From a virus: DNA of 64,000 bases. A model generated the notes under the pieces. It did not search any database. It saw only the letters and a program-made list of their open reading frames with translations, and was not told where the DNA came from. The DNA lies in the IMG/VR virus record IMGVR_UViG_3300032080_000001, positions 1 to 64,000 of that record, one strand, 5' to 3'. A program made the translations under genes and the position numbers. Each line of letters begins with the position of its first letter. Position 1 is the first letter of the stretch. Of the stretch, positions 8,547 through 17,987 are shown in pieces.

Positions 8547-9875
8547 GTGAGAAAGTACCCCGAGAGTCTGCCGGATGGGCGGAAGCTCTTCGAGGAGAAG
8601 ATGGAGTTCTTCTTCGCGACGGAGGGCAGCGACCCCATCGACGTGGCAATTCGGGAGCACCTCATCGCGCGCGAGGGAGTCGTCCCCGTGCGCGTCCGCC
8701 TTACGGAGGGCGAGGTCCCGAAGGGCACGCTCGGCGTCATCGAGGGCGTGTTCGGCAAGGCAGACATCATCAACCGCAACCGCCGCTTATACAGTACGCC
8801 TGCGTACGAGGGGGCGGTCGGCCGGGCACAGACGCTCGTCCAGGCGGGGAACTTCCTGGGCGAGGTGGACCACCCGGACTTCGCCACCCTGGCGGGCGGT
8901 GCATTCCGCTACACGAAGGTCTGGATGGACGCCGACCTCGGCAAGTTCGAGGCGGTCATCCTGGACACGGCGGGCGGGCGGCACCTCAAGGGGCTGCTCG
9001 ACGGCGGCGTGGGCGTCCAAATCTCTACCCGTGGCTACGCGTCTTCCAAGGTCGAGAAGCGCAACGTCGGCGGCGTCGAGATTCCCGTCCACATCATCGG
9101 TGAGGACCTCACCTTTGAGGGCATCGACGCGGTGCTCTTTGCCAGCAACATCTTCGGCCGCGTCTCGAACGCGACGACTGAGTCGGCGGCGGGCGCCGAC
9201 GACACTACCAACGAGGAGGAGCGAATGACCCTCGCGGAACTGCGCGAGAAGTACGCCGCCCTCGTCGCGGAAATCGAGTCGGCGGCCCGTGAGGGCTACG
9301 TCGCTACGGCGGACGTGGACGCCAAGATTTCCGAGGCGAAGGAGTCGGCCAAGGCCGAGGCCCTGGAGTCGGCCGAGGTGACGAGCCGCGCCACCGCGCT
9401 GTCGGCCATCCTGGAGGCCGTGAAGCCGTTCCTGCCGGAGGCCGCTGCGGCGACCGCCGACGTACAGGAGAGCGAGGCGCAGAAGAACGCGAAGGCCCTG
9501 TCCGAGCAGGTCGAGGCGCTGAATACGCAGGTCGCGGCGCTGGTGGCCGAGCGGGCGGAGGCAGAGCAGGCCAAGCAGGACGCCGAGGCGAAGGTCGAGC
9601 GCACGCAGGCCATCGCGGAGAAGGTGGATGCCCTGCTGGCGGGCTTCCCCGAGGCCGACCTGGTCAAGCCCGCCCTGCTCAAGGCCGAGAGCGTGGAGCA
9701 GGCCGAGCGCCTGTTCGAGGAGCAGAAGGCCCTCATCGAGGCCGCCGCTGCCCGCGCGAAGGTGAAGAGCAAGAGCGGGCAGCGGGAGACCGGTGCCGAC
9801 GTGCGCCGTCCGGAGACCGAGAGCCTCTCGGCCGAGGAGCGTCGTGAGCGGCGCATCGCCGGGCTGGACGCGTAA
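8547..9875 (+). CDS. prohead protease (T4 gp21-like) fused to a scaffold domain
   Basis: NRNRRLY, GEVDHP, ISTRG and DAV motifs, followed by an Ala/Glu-rich coiled coil; GTG 8547 after GGAG. Confidence 0.85.
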   Translation: MRKYPESLPDGRKLFEEKMEFFFATEGSDPIDVAIREHLIAREGVVPVRVRLTEGEVPKGTLGVIEGVFGKADIINRNRRLYSTPAYEGAVGRAQTLVQAGNFLGEVDHPDFATLAGGAFRYTKVWMDADLGKFEAVILDTAGGRHLKGLLDGGVGVQISTRGYASSKVEKRNVGGVEIPVHIIGEDLTFEGIDAVLFASNIFGRVSNATTESAAGADDTTNEEERMTLAELREKYAALVAEIESAAREGYVATADVDAKISEAKESAKAEALESAEVTSRATALSAILEAVKPFLPEAAAATADVQESEAQKNAKALSEQVEALNTQVAALVAERAEAEQAKQDAEAKVERTQAIAEKVDALLAGFPEADLVKPALLKAESVEQAERLFEEQKALIEAAAARAKVKSKSGQRETGADVRRPETESLSAEERRERRIAGLDA

Positions 9876-9945
9876 GTGCCCTTTCCACGTCCCTGGCTAC
9901 CGGTAACGTACCGGTAGCCGCAAACTCTCAGGAGAAGCACACGAC

Positions 9946-11280
9946 ATGAGCAAGCCCGTTTACCCCGGCTTCCTCCGTGAGGACGCGGAGCGCGAGGCGC
10001 GCCACGCGAAGCTCACCGAGGGCCTGAACGACTTCTACATGAAGTCGGTGGTGGAGCAGTTGATGGACAACGTCGGGGTGGCCGAGGCCGACATGCTGGA
10101 GTCCAACAACTCCACCGCGTCGGTGGCGGTGTTCACCCGCATCGCGAAGCCCCTGATTCGCCGCATCTTCCCCCAGCTGGTGGCGAACCAGCTGGTGTCC
10201 ATCCAGCCCATGACGATGCCGACCTACAAGGTCTTCTTCATGGACTTCATGTACGCCAACGACCGCGCGCCGACCAAGGCGGGCGACCGCCTGGACTACG
10301 AGGGCGGGCAGACCAACCGCTTCTACTCGGGCGGCATCATCAAGGGCGAGAGCCTGGGCACCGGTGACGGCACCAACAAGGTGTTCAACACCAAGCTGTA
10401 CCCGGTGCGCCCCGACTCGCTCACGGTGTACGTGAACTCGGCCGCCGTGACTTCGTACGTGGTGGACGAGGAGACCGGCCGCATCGAGTTCGCCGCCGCC
10501 CCGGCGAACGGCGCCACGCTGCTGGCCGACTACGCCCTGGACATGGAGCACCTCGGCCAGAAGGGTAACGCCAGCATCCCCGAGTTGAAGCTCGGGATGA
10601 CCAGCGCGACCGTGGACGCCGAGGAGTTCAAGCTCAAGGTGAGCTACACGCTGGAGGGCGCGCAGGACCTCAAGGCGTACCACGGCGAGGACATGGAGGA
10701 CCTGCTCACGCAGCAGATGGGCGACGAGATTCGCCGGGAAATCGACCGCAGCATCATCACCGACCTGTACACGAAGGCTTCGGCCGCGAACGTGACCTGG
10801 TCGAAGGCGGTGCCGGACGGTACCAAGATGCAGGACCACTTCGAGACGCTGCTGCACGCGTTCGGTGACGTGAGCACCGAGATTTACAAGAAGCGCCAGC
10901 GTCACGCGAACTTCGCGGTGGTCTCGCCCGACACCCTGAACCTGCTGGACAAGCTGAACACGTTCCGCGTGCTCGGCACCGAGGGTTCGGACTCGTGGAA
11001 GCAGACGGCGCGCCTGGCCGCTGGCCCGGCCGTCATCGGCACCCTGTCGGGGCGCTTCGGCATCATCGTGGACCCGCTGTTCCCGAGCAACAAGGTGCTG
11101 CTCGGCTACAAGGGCGAGTCCTGGGACGAGACCGGGTACGTGTACAGCCCGTACACCGCGTTCCAGACGGACACCTTCATCGACCCGAACACCATGCGTC
11201 CGGTGAAGGGGCTGATGCAGCGGTCGGCCCGTCACCTGGTGAACGGTGACTTCTACGGGACCGTCACCATCGCCAACTAA
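9946..11280 (+). CDS. major capsid protein (T4 gp23-like)
   Basis: PLIRRIFPQLVANQLVSIQPM, AQDLKAYHG, EIRREIDR, GYKG and YSPY motifs. Confidence 0.92.
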   Translation: MSKPVYPGFLREDAEREARHAKLTEGLNDFYMKSVVEQLMDNVGVAEADMLESNNSTASVAVFTRIAKPLIRRIFPQLVANQLVSIQPMTMPTYKVFFMDFMYANDRAPTKAGDRLDYEGGQTNRFYSGGIIKGESLGTGDGTNKVFNTKLYPVRPDSLTVYVNSAAVTSYVVDEETGRIEFAAAPANGATLLADYALDMEHLGQKGNASIPELKLGMTSATVDAEEFKLKVSYTLEGAQDLKAYHGEDMEDLLTQQMGDEIRREIDRSIITDLYTKASAANVTWSKAVPDGTKMQDHFETLLHAFGDVSTEIYKKRQRHANFAVVSPDTLNLLDKLNTFRVLGTEGSDSWKQTARLAAGPAVIGTLSGRFGIIVDPLFPSNKVLLGYKGESWDETGYVYSPYTAFQTDTFIDPNTMRPVKGLMQRSARHLVNGDFYGTVTIAN

Positions 11281-11314
11281 GCGTACCTGGCGCTACCGGT
11301 ACGCTGAGGTTAGA

Positions 11315-11348
11315 TTACGGGGGCGGGGGATTCCCCTCGCTCCCGTAA
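11315..11348 (+). terminator. hairpin after the major capsid gene
   Basis: TTACGGGGGCGGGG...CCCCTCGCTCCCGTAA inverted repeat. Confidence 0.6.
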
Positions 11349-11385
11349 TCGTTCAGCCTGGACTCTCAACCACCGAACCAAACCA

Positions 11386-11598
11386 ATGGCCGAGACGAAG
11401 AACGAGACTCCCGCGAAGGAGTCGATGTACCGCAACCGCACCAAGGTGACGCAAATCGTCTATCCTCGGGGCCAGTGGGACAAGCGCATCGTGCATCCGG
11501 GCCACACCGTGTGCCTGACCGAGGCGCAGCACAAGCGGTACTTCTCGCTGTTCGAGGCCGTCAAGCAGGGCGAGAAGCCCGAGACGGCGAAGAAGTAA
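11386..11598 (+). CDS. hypothetical virion-region protein
   Basis: short ORF with normal codon bias. Confidence 0.55.
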   Translation: MAETKNETPAKESMYRNRTKVTQIVYPRGQWDKRIVHPGHTVCLTEAQHKRYFSLFEAVKQGEKPETAKK

Positions 11599-11619
11599 CC
11601 CACCAGAAGGAGCTACCCT

Positions 11620-12303
11620 GTGCCGCTCAAGAAGGATGACCTCAAGGTAGAACTGCGGTCGCGGCTCGGGGACCCTTCCGTAGCGGAACTCCCGGACGCG
11701 CAGGTCGAGCACGCTCTCGACGCCGCGTTGCGGGAGTTTTCGCGTTTCCGGCCCTCGCAGGAGTTCGTGCAGCTCTCCCTGGCCGCGCGCGGCACGACGT
11801 ACCCGCTTCCTGCGGGTGTAACGGGCGTGTCGGACCTGTGGATGATGCCGATCGGGTCCGGGGTCCTCGACCCGCTCCAGTTCAAGCTCGCCCTTGCGAG
11901 CTACGAAGTAGAGACGCTCTACGCCCTCGGAGCCTACGCCGCCGACGACCTGGCGCTGGCCTGGGAGGTGGAGCAGCGGCAGGGCACGGACGGGTCGGAG
12001 CTGCCGCCCGTGCTGACGCTGTTCCCCCCGCCTGCCTTCGACGCCGTCGCGTTCATGCGTGCCGAGCGTACGCGCACGTGGGAGAACGTGGGGCCGCAGG
12101 AGAAGGAAGCGCTGTTGACGTACGCGCGCGGCGAGGCGCTGGAGTACATCGGCCGCAAGCGGTCCCGGAGTGTGAACAAGATTCCCACGGCCGCCGGGAC
12201 ACTGTCGCTGAACACCGGCTACAACGACCGCGCGGACGGGCGCCAGTTCAAGAAGGACTTCTACGCGATGATGGGCGGCGGCGCCACCGTCGCCCTCGGA
12301 TAA
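11620..12303 (+). CDS. putative head-tail adaptor (neck) protein
   Basis: RSRLGDP..ELPDAQVEHALDAAL N-terminus; position after the capsid gene. Confidence 0.65.
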   Translation: MPLKKDDLKVELRSRLGDPSVAELPDAQVEHALDAALREFSRFRPSQEFVQLSLAARGTTYPLPAGVTGVSDLWMMPIGSGVLDPLQFKLALASYEVETLYALGAYAADDLALAWEVEQRQGTDGSELPPVLTLFPPPAFDAVAFMRAERTRTWENVGPQEKEALLTYARGEALEYIGRKRSRSVNKIPTAAGTLSLNTGYNDRADGRQFKKDFYAMMGGGATVALG

Positions 12304-12312
12304 GGAGCGCGG

Positions 12313-12789
12313 ATGCTGACGCAGGAGGAGTTCTCGGATATTCACAACGCGGTGCTCGAAGCGATGGGCTTCGTGGCCCTCCCGGTCACGCTGTACCGCG
12401 TAAGTCCCGCGCAGGAGTTCGACCCGCTGTACCAGGAGGCCAAGGATGGCGAGGAGGCGATGGTCCCGTGGGCGACCGTTCATGCCTCGATGCGCTTCAA
12501 GCCGGACGAGGAATTCCTCACCAAGGCGGGGCTTCGTACGAATGCCGACATCCTCGCCTTCATCCCGCGCGGGCACATCCTTGCCTGGGAGGCCGAGAGC
12601 GGACAGGTGTTCAAGCTGGAGCAGGGCATGGAGCTGGAGTTCGGCGGCATCCGCTACTCGGTGGACCGGGAGCCGCGCACCGACCCGCTGCCGATGCTCA
12701 TGCCGGGAGGCGCGGTAAGCCAGGACTACATCGGGATGGTGGTGATGGGCACCGTGAAGGCGGACACGCATCCGCTGGCGGAGGGCTGA
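12313..12789 (+). CDS. putative head closure / neck protein
   Basis: DPLYQE motif and position. Confidence 0.55.
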   Translation: MLTQEEFSDIHNAVLEAMGFVALPVTLYRVSPAQEFDPLYQEAKDGEEAMVPWATVHASMRFKPDEEFLTKAGLRTNADILAFIPRGHILAWEAESGQVFKLEQGMELEFGGIRYSVDREPRTDPLPMLMPGGAVSQDYIGMVVMGTVKADTHPLAEG

Positions 12790-13310
12790 TGCCGAACGCG
12801 AACTACAATGCGCAGTTTAACCGGGGCTCCCTCCGACTCTCCGGCGACTGGCAGCGGGCGAGGAAGACCTTCCACGGCCTCGGCTTCAAGATGAACAAGG
12901 TCACGCACGGGCGTACCATGCGGGAGGAGGCTGAACTCGTCGCCGCACGCATCAAACGCAACATCAAGAATCAGACATACGCGAGCGAGGGGCGGCACGC
13001 GCCGCTGGCCGAGTCCACGAAGGAAAACAAGAAGAACCCGAGCAACCGGGACAAGATTCTGTTGGACACCGAGGAGTTCGTGAACTCCATCGGCGTCTTC
13101 CAGAACGGCTACCGCACCTGGGTGGTCGGCGTCCAAGGCGACGGGGAGCTGCTCGCCCGCGTGATGGCGAACGAGTTCGGAGCCCCGAGCCGACACCTCC
13201 CGGCGCGCTCCACTTTCCGCATCGAGATGGAGCGCATCAAGGCGGAGGGCCGTCTGGAGAAGCTGGACAAGGCGTTCAAGAACCTGCTGAAAGGGAAGCA
13301 CGTCCCATGA
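12789..13310 (+). CDS. putative tail completion / virion morphogenesis protein
   Basis: APLAEST...ILLDT...NEFG...LPAR pattern; C-terminal part of ORF 11838..13310. Confidence 0.65.
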   Translation: MPNANYNAQFNRGSLRLSGDWQRARKTFHGLGFKMNKVTHGRTMREEAELVAARIKRNIKNQTYASEGRHAPLAESTKENKKNPSNRDKILLDTEEFVNSIGVFQNGYRTWVVGVQGDGELLARVMANEFGAPSRHLPARSTFRIEMERIKAEGRLEKLDKAFKNLLKGKHVP

Positions 13311-14020
13311 CCGCACCGCTGGACCCCACGTACGACCCGCTGCGCGAGTACGACACCGCCGTCGTGCAGAAGCTCGGCGCCCAGGTGGTCACGCCTGCGG
13401 GCGCGCGGCCGTACTACGCGGTGGCGGTGCCGGGCATTTCGGGAGCGGTGCACGTGAACGTGGGCCTGCCCGAGGACTGGTACAAGAACTTCTCGCTCCC
13501 GGCCGTCAACGTGCGGCGCGGTGCCATTCTCCCGGCGCCGTCGCGCCTCCTCCCGAACTTCCGCGCGCGGGAGAGGAGCACGAACCCGGAGACGCCGAAC
13601 ACCTGGAACGTCCAGGCCGTGCCGCCGCAGCCCGTGAACATACTCTACGAGGTGGAGCTGGCGGCGACGAGCGAGGCGCACATGAACCGCCTGACGACGT
13701 ACCTCATGGCGGCGGTTCCGGCGTCTCACTGGGGAACGTTCCTCACCGTGTTCGGGACGTTCACGAACTACCACGGCACGGGGATGCGGGACAAGACCGA
13801 CTACGCGACGAAGGACGGGCGGCAGTTCCTCTACTGCTTCGACTACACCGTCGAAGGATGGTTCGTCCCGAGTCTCGCGTGCGAGAAGGTGCCCGAAATC
13901 CTCTCCACGGACATCGCCCTGGAGACGCACCGGTCGCGCGACGACCTACGCGGTCAGACGCCGGTTGAAGAGACGGAGGCCGTCGAGGTCATCCACATTC
14001 ATACGAACGCGCCGGAGTGA
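13307..14020 (+). CDS. putative tail terminator (T4 gp15-like)
   Basis: PQPVNILYEV motif; position before the sheath gene. Confidence 0.55.
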   Translation: MTAPLDPTYDPLREYDTAVVQKLGAQVVTPAGARPYYAVAVPGISGAVHVNVGLPEDWYKNFSLPAVNVRRGAILPAPSRLLPNFRARERSTNPETPNTWNVQAVPPQPVNILYEVELAATSEAHMNRLTTYLMAAVPASHWGTFLTVFGTFTNYHGTGMRDKTDYATKDGRQFLYCFDYTVEGWFVPSLACEKVPEILSTDIALETHRSRDDLRGQTPVEETEAVEVIHIHTNAPE

Positions 14021-14127
14021 GCCGGGTCTTGTCTTGCGCGTTCATACGCGGTATATTACCCTTAGTGTACCAGTAGCTTACCGGCCGGGTGCGGTGCCGC
14101 CGGGCCAACCGACGAAAAGGAAATCTG

Positions 14128-14388
14128 ATGCCGAACCCGATTGCCCTGTCCGACGTGCAGGTGCGGCGACTCGTCAGCGCGCAGGAGGCCATCCAGGCCG
14201 CGACCGTCGAGGCGCAGCGCGCCCACGCGGCGCTGGTGAACACCCGCGCGCACATGGACAGCCTCCTGGAGGTCATCTTCGACGCCCACGGCGTCCCCGC
14301 CACGGCGACAGTGGACCTCCAGAACGGGGTCATCGTGTTGACGGAGGACTACGAGGATGCCGGGACACTTGTGACCGACACCCCGTAA
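14128..14388 (+). CDS. hypothetical protein
   Basis: ATG after AAAGGA; helical sequence. Confidence 0.55.
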   Translation: MPNPIALSDVQVRRLVSAQEAIQAATVEAQRAHAALVNTRAHMDSLLEVIFDAHGVPATATVDLQNGVIVLTEDYEDAGTLVTDTP

Positions 14389-14415
14389 GCGGCACGCCGC
14401 CGAGAGGAGAACCGT

Positions 14416-14727
14416 ATGGCGCAGCAGCGCAAGAAGAGAGACCCGGCCACCGCCGAGGGGGATGAAACCCCGGTGGCGTCCGTCGTGGAGACCGAGGCGA
14501 CGGAGGTGACTCCAATCGCGGTCGAGGTCATGCCGGTGGAGGAAACTGCCCCGGCCCAGGTGCGTGTCGTGAACATCTCCCTCGACACCCCCGAGTACGT
14601 CCCGCTCGCCAACGGGGCACTTCACCGTCTGGACCCGAAGGGCGCCATCGACGTGGCGCTCGCGGACGTGACGGAGGCAACGCGTCAGGTGGAGTCCACC
14701 GGCCGCATCGTCATCAACCCCCTGTAA
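14416..14727 (+). CDS. hypothetical protein
   Basis: strong GAGGAG Shine-Dalgarno; precedes the sheath gene. Confidence 0.6.
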   Translation: MAQQRKKRDPATAEGDETPVASVVETEATEVTPIAVEVMPVEETAPAQVRVVNISLDTPEYVPLANGALHRLDPKGAIDVALADVTEATRQVESTGRIVINPL

Positions 14728-14745
14728 GCTGGAGACCAAGCACAC

Positions 14746-16296
14746 ATGGCTGAACTGCTTTCGCCTGGCGTGTTCCCGGTCGAGGTGGACTTCTCTGCGT
14801 ACATCCAGGGACAGAGCACCTCGACCTTCGGCATCGCTGGCGTCTTCGAGAAGGGTCCCATCGGGGAGGCCGTCCTCGTGGGCTCGCTGGACGAGGCCGT
14901 CGCGAAGTTCGGGAGCTACCTGAACGGCCGCTACGGGCTCTTCGCGCTCAAGAACTTCTTCGAGAACGGCGGCTCGCGTGCGTACGTCGTGCGCGTCGTG
15001 CACTACGCGGCCGGGGTGGCGACCTCGGCGCTCGCGTCGCTGAACATCGTGGACCGCGCGGGCACCCCGCTCAACACGCTCAAGGTCGAGGCCCTGACCC
15101 CCGGCGTGTGGGGCAACAACCTGACCACCCGCATCGAGGCGAGCACCGCCTACGCGACCACCGGGTTCAACCTGGTGGTGCGCCTGAACGGCACGGTCGT
15201 GGAGACGCACAAGGACCTGCTCATCGGCTCGGCCAACGCCGTGTCCGAGGACTACGTCGAGAAGCGCATCAACGGCGTGTCGGAGTTCATCCGGGTCACG
15301 GACCTGGCGTCGGCCACGGCCGCGCCGAACAACCTCCCGAAGCTGACGGTGGCGGCGAGCGGCGACCCGCTGGCGTCGGGCGCGGACGGCGTGACCGGCC
15401 TGGTCCCCTCGGACTTTCTCGGGGACGTGGTGAGCGGCGCGCCGGGTCTGGCCGCCTTCGACGGCGTGGACGTGAACTTCCTCGCCATCCCCGGCGAGAG
15501 CGCCACCGCCACGGGCCAGACGCTCGCGGCCGGGCTCATCGCCTACGCCGAGGCCCGCAAGGACCTCATCGCCATCGTGGAGGCTCCGCAGGGCCTCAAG
15601 CCCTCGGGCATCGTGGACTTCCGCATGGCGACCGGCACCTTCTCGGGCAGCGGGTCGGCCTTCAACTCCAGCTACGGCGCGCTGTACGGTCCGTGGCTCA
15701 AGGGCAAGCACCCCGTGACCGGCCGCGACATCGTGCTGCCGCCCTCGGGCTTCGTGGCGGGCATCTACGCGCGCAACGACCGCCAGGGCGCCGTGTGGAC
15801 CGCCCCGGCCGGGCTGAACCGCGCCACGGTCATCGGCGCGAACGGCCCCGAGGTGAAGGTGTCGAAGGCCGACGTGGACGTGGCCTACCCGAAGGGCGTG
15901 AACCTCATCCTGCCCGTGGTGGGGGCGCTGACGGTGGACGGCCAGAAGACGCTCCTGCTCAAGGGGTCGAAGCTGGACCGCGTGAACGTGCGGCGCCTGA
16001 TGGCCTTCACGGAGAAGGGCGTGCAGGACGCCTCGCAGTTCCTGCTGTTCGAGCCCAACAACCCGGCGACGTGGAACGCCTTCATTCGCCTGGTCGAGCC
16101 GTTCGTGCGGGGCATCAAGCAGGGCGGCGGGTTCGAGGACTACCGCATCGTGTGCGACGCCAGCATCAACACTCCGGCGGTGGTCAACCGGAACGAGATG
16201 AAGGCGCGTGTGCAGGTCATCCCCGTGGGGACGGCGGAGTTCATCACGGTGGAGTTCGCCATCGCCCCGACCGGGACGGACTTCTCCGAGGCGTAA
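14746..16296 (+). CDS. contractile tail sheath protein
   Basis: LSPGVFPVEVD, FFENGG, PPSGFVAG, APAG, VNVRRL and FEPN motifs. Confidence 0.95.
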   Translation: MAELLSPGVFPVEVDFSAYIQGQSTSTFGIAGVFEKGPIGEAVLVGSLDEAVAKFGSYLNGRYGLFALKNFFENGGSRAYVVRVVHYAAGVATSALASLNIVDRAGTPLNTLKVEALTPGVWGNNLTTRIEASTAYATTGFNLVVRLNGTVVETHKDLLIGSANAVSEDYVEKRINGVSEFIRVTDLASATAAPNNLPKLTVAASGDPLASGADGVTGLVPSDFLGDVVSGAPGLAAFDGVDVNFLAIPGESATATGQTLAAGLIAYAEARKDLIAIVEAPQGLKPSGIVDFRMATGTFSGSGSAFNSSYGALYGPWLKGKHPVTGRDIVLPPSGFVAGIYARNDRQGAVWTAPAGLNRATVIGANGPEVKVSKADVDVAYPKGVNLILPVVGALTVDGQKTLLLKGSKLDRVNVRRLMAFTEKGVQDASQFLLFEPNNPATWNAFIRLVEPFVRGIKQGGGFEDYRIVCDASINTPAVVNRNEMKARVQVIPVGTAEFITVEFAIAPTGTDFSEA

Positions 16297-16387
16297 GCCT
16301 CATCATCTGCGGTCGCGCCCGTAGTGCGCCGGTGAGTACCGGTACACTACGGGTCCGTCCGATTCACCCACAGGAGCACACGAGAGC

Positions 16388-16876
16388 ATGAACAAGGCGA
16401 GCGTGCAGCCCCAGTCTCTGATGCAGAAGTGGCAGTTCGGCATCGAGATTGGCGGCCTGGAGAAGGCGTGGGCATACTTCACCAAGACGGACTTCCCCGA
16501 AATCGAGTTCGATGAGGTGGAGTTCAACCCGGCGGGCTCGATGTTCGCCACGAAGTCGGCGGGCCGGGCGAAGTTCAACGACATCACGATGGAGAAGGGC
16601 GTACCGCAGGACGCGGGCGACCTGGAGGACTCCATCCTGAACTGGGTGAAGCTGTGCATCACGGCGGCGGCCATGACCGGTGGCGTGCCCAAGCAGTACA
16701 TGAAGGACATCGACCTGGTGCGGTACGACCGCCAGGGGAACCCCATCAAGCGGTTCCGCCTGTACGGGGCGTGGGTCAAGAGCGCCAAGTTCGGTGAGGG
16801 CGAGGGTTCCTCGTCCGACAACGAGATGGAGAGCATGACCATCGCGTACCAGTACTTCGACACGGTCGCGGCGTAA
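16388..16876 (+). CDS. tail tube protein (T4 gp19-like)
   Basis: follows the sheath; GRAKFNDITMEKGV...W...YDRQG...GAW pattern. Confidence 0.88.
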   Translation: MNKASVQPQSLMQKWQFGIEIGGLEKAWAYFTKTDFPEIEFDEVEFNPAGSMFATKSAGRAKFNDITMEKGVPQDAGDLEDSILNWVKLCITAAAMTGGVPKQYMKDIDLVRYDRQGNPIKRFRLYGAWVKSAKFGEGEGSSSDNEMESMTIAYQYFDTVAA

Positions 16877-16907
16877 GCCGCGCGGCGCGTCGGCCTCGTA
16901 CGAATCT

Positions 16908-16943
16908 CAAGAGCCAGCCTCGTTCACGCGGGGCTGGCTCTTG
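16908..16943 (+). terminator. hairpin after the tail tube gene
   Basis: CAAGAGCCAGCC...GGCTGGCTCTTG. Confidence 0.6.
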
Positions 16944-17024
16944 CGTTTGGCACCCCGTCACTGTTATCTTACCGGTACAGTACAGGCACACTACTACGCA
17001 ACCTGAGTGGAGAACGGATACGCG

Positions 17025-17732
17025 ATGCCGACGATTTCACTGCCCCTCGGTACGACCGCCGAGATTCGCGGTATGACGGGCCGGGACGAGGACCTCCTGC
17101 TGAACCCCAAGAAGGCCCGCTCCGGCGAGGCCGTGGACGACATCCTCTCGAACTGCACGCTCAAGCTGACGTTCCCGGACGGGCGCGTCGTGAGCCCGGT
17201 GCAGGCGGGGGACGTGAAGCGCCTCAAGTCTCCGGACCGCCTGGCGCTGCTCATCGGCGTGCGCCGCGAGTCCTTCGGAGATGCGCTGGTGGCGGAGCTG
17301 ACCGACCCGCAGACGGGGGAGAAGTTCAACGCCACGGTGGACCTGGCGACCCTGGAGGAGAAGCCCGCCCCGTTCAACGCGGACGGCGGCGTCATCGACC
17401 AGGGCCCGTACGATATCACGCTGTCGAACGGCAAGCGCCTGTCGGTGGACTTCCTCGACGGCAAGAAGGAGCTGCTGCTCGCGAAGGCCGACCCGGCGAG
17501 CGTGCTGACCAGCGCGATGTACCACCGCATCGTGGAGGTCGAGGGCGTACACAAGAACGATATCCGCAACTGGCTGCTAGACCTGCCGGTGCGCGAGCGC
17601 AACGAGCTTCGGGAGAAGCTGGCGGCTCTGGACTGCGGCCCGGTGACGGCCGTGACTGCCGACGCGCCGAGCGGCGTGGAGGTGCAGTTCGACATCCAGG
17701 AGCAGCGCAGTTTTTTCTTCCCGACGACGTAA
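17025..17732 (+). CDS. tail assembly chaperone (G-type)
   Basis: between tube and tape measure; ends in slippery T-TTT-TTC. Confidence 0.75.
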   Translation: MPTISLPLGTTAEIRGMTGRDEDLLLNPKKARSGEAVDDILSNCTLKLTFPDGRVVSPVQAGDVKRLKSPDRLALLIGVRRESFGDALVAELTDPQTGEKFNATVDLATLEEKPAPFNADGGVIDQGPYDITLSNGKRLSVDFLDGKKELLLAKADPASVLTSAMYHRIVEVEGVHKNDIRNWLLDLPVRERNELREKLAALDCGPVTAVTADAPSGVEVQFDIQEQRSFFFPTT

Positions 17733-17902
17733 TCGACCCGGACGATTACGACCCTCGGGAAGACGCATTCTACCTCGCGTACGGGGGCCTACGCTGGCCC
17801 CCGGACGCCGTTCTGGACCTACCTATCCCGCTCCGGCGCTGGTTCGTGCGGCGGTTGGAGGTGCAGAAGAAGTACGAGGAAAAGCAAGCCCGCCAGAAAT
17901 AA
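17711..17902 (+). CDS. -1 frameshift extension of the tail assembly chaperone (GT-type)
   Basis: open -1 frame FFLPDDVIDPDDYDPREDAFYLAYGGLRWPPDAVLDLPIPLRRWFVRRLEVQKKYEEKQARQK*, with no start codon of its own near the 5' end. Confidence 0.75.
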   Translation, partial: FFLPDDVIDPDDYDPREDAFYLAYGGLRWPPDAVLDLPIPLRRWFVRRLEVQKKYEEKQARQK

Positions 17903-17987
17903 CACTGGCGGGCGTCTTCTCACGAAGAACCCGACCACCGATTCCCTCCGTTGACGATTAAGCCGGGTTCTGCGGGCACGTAGGTAC

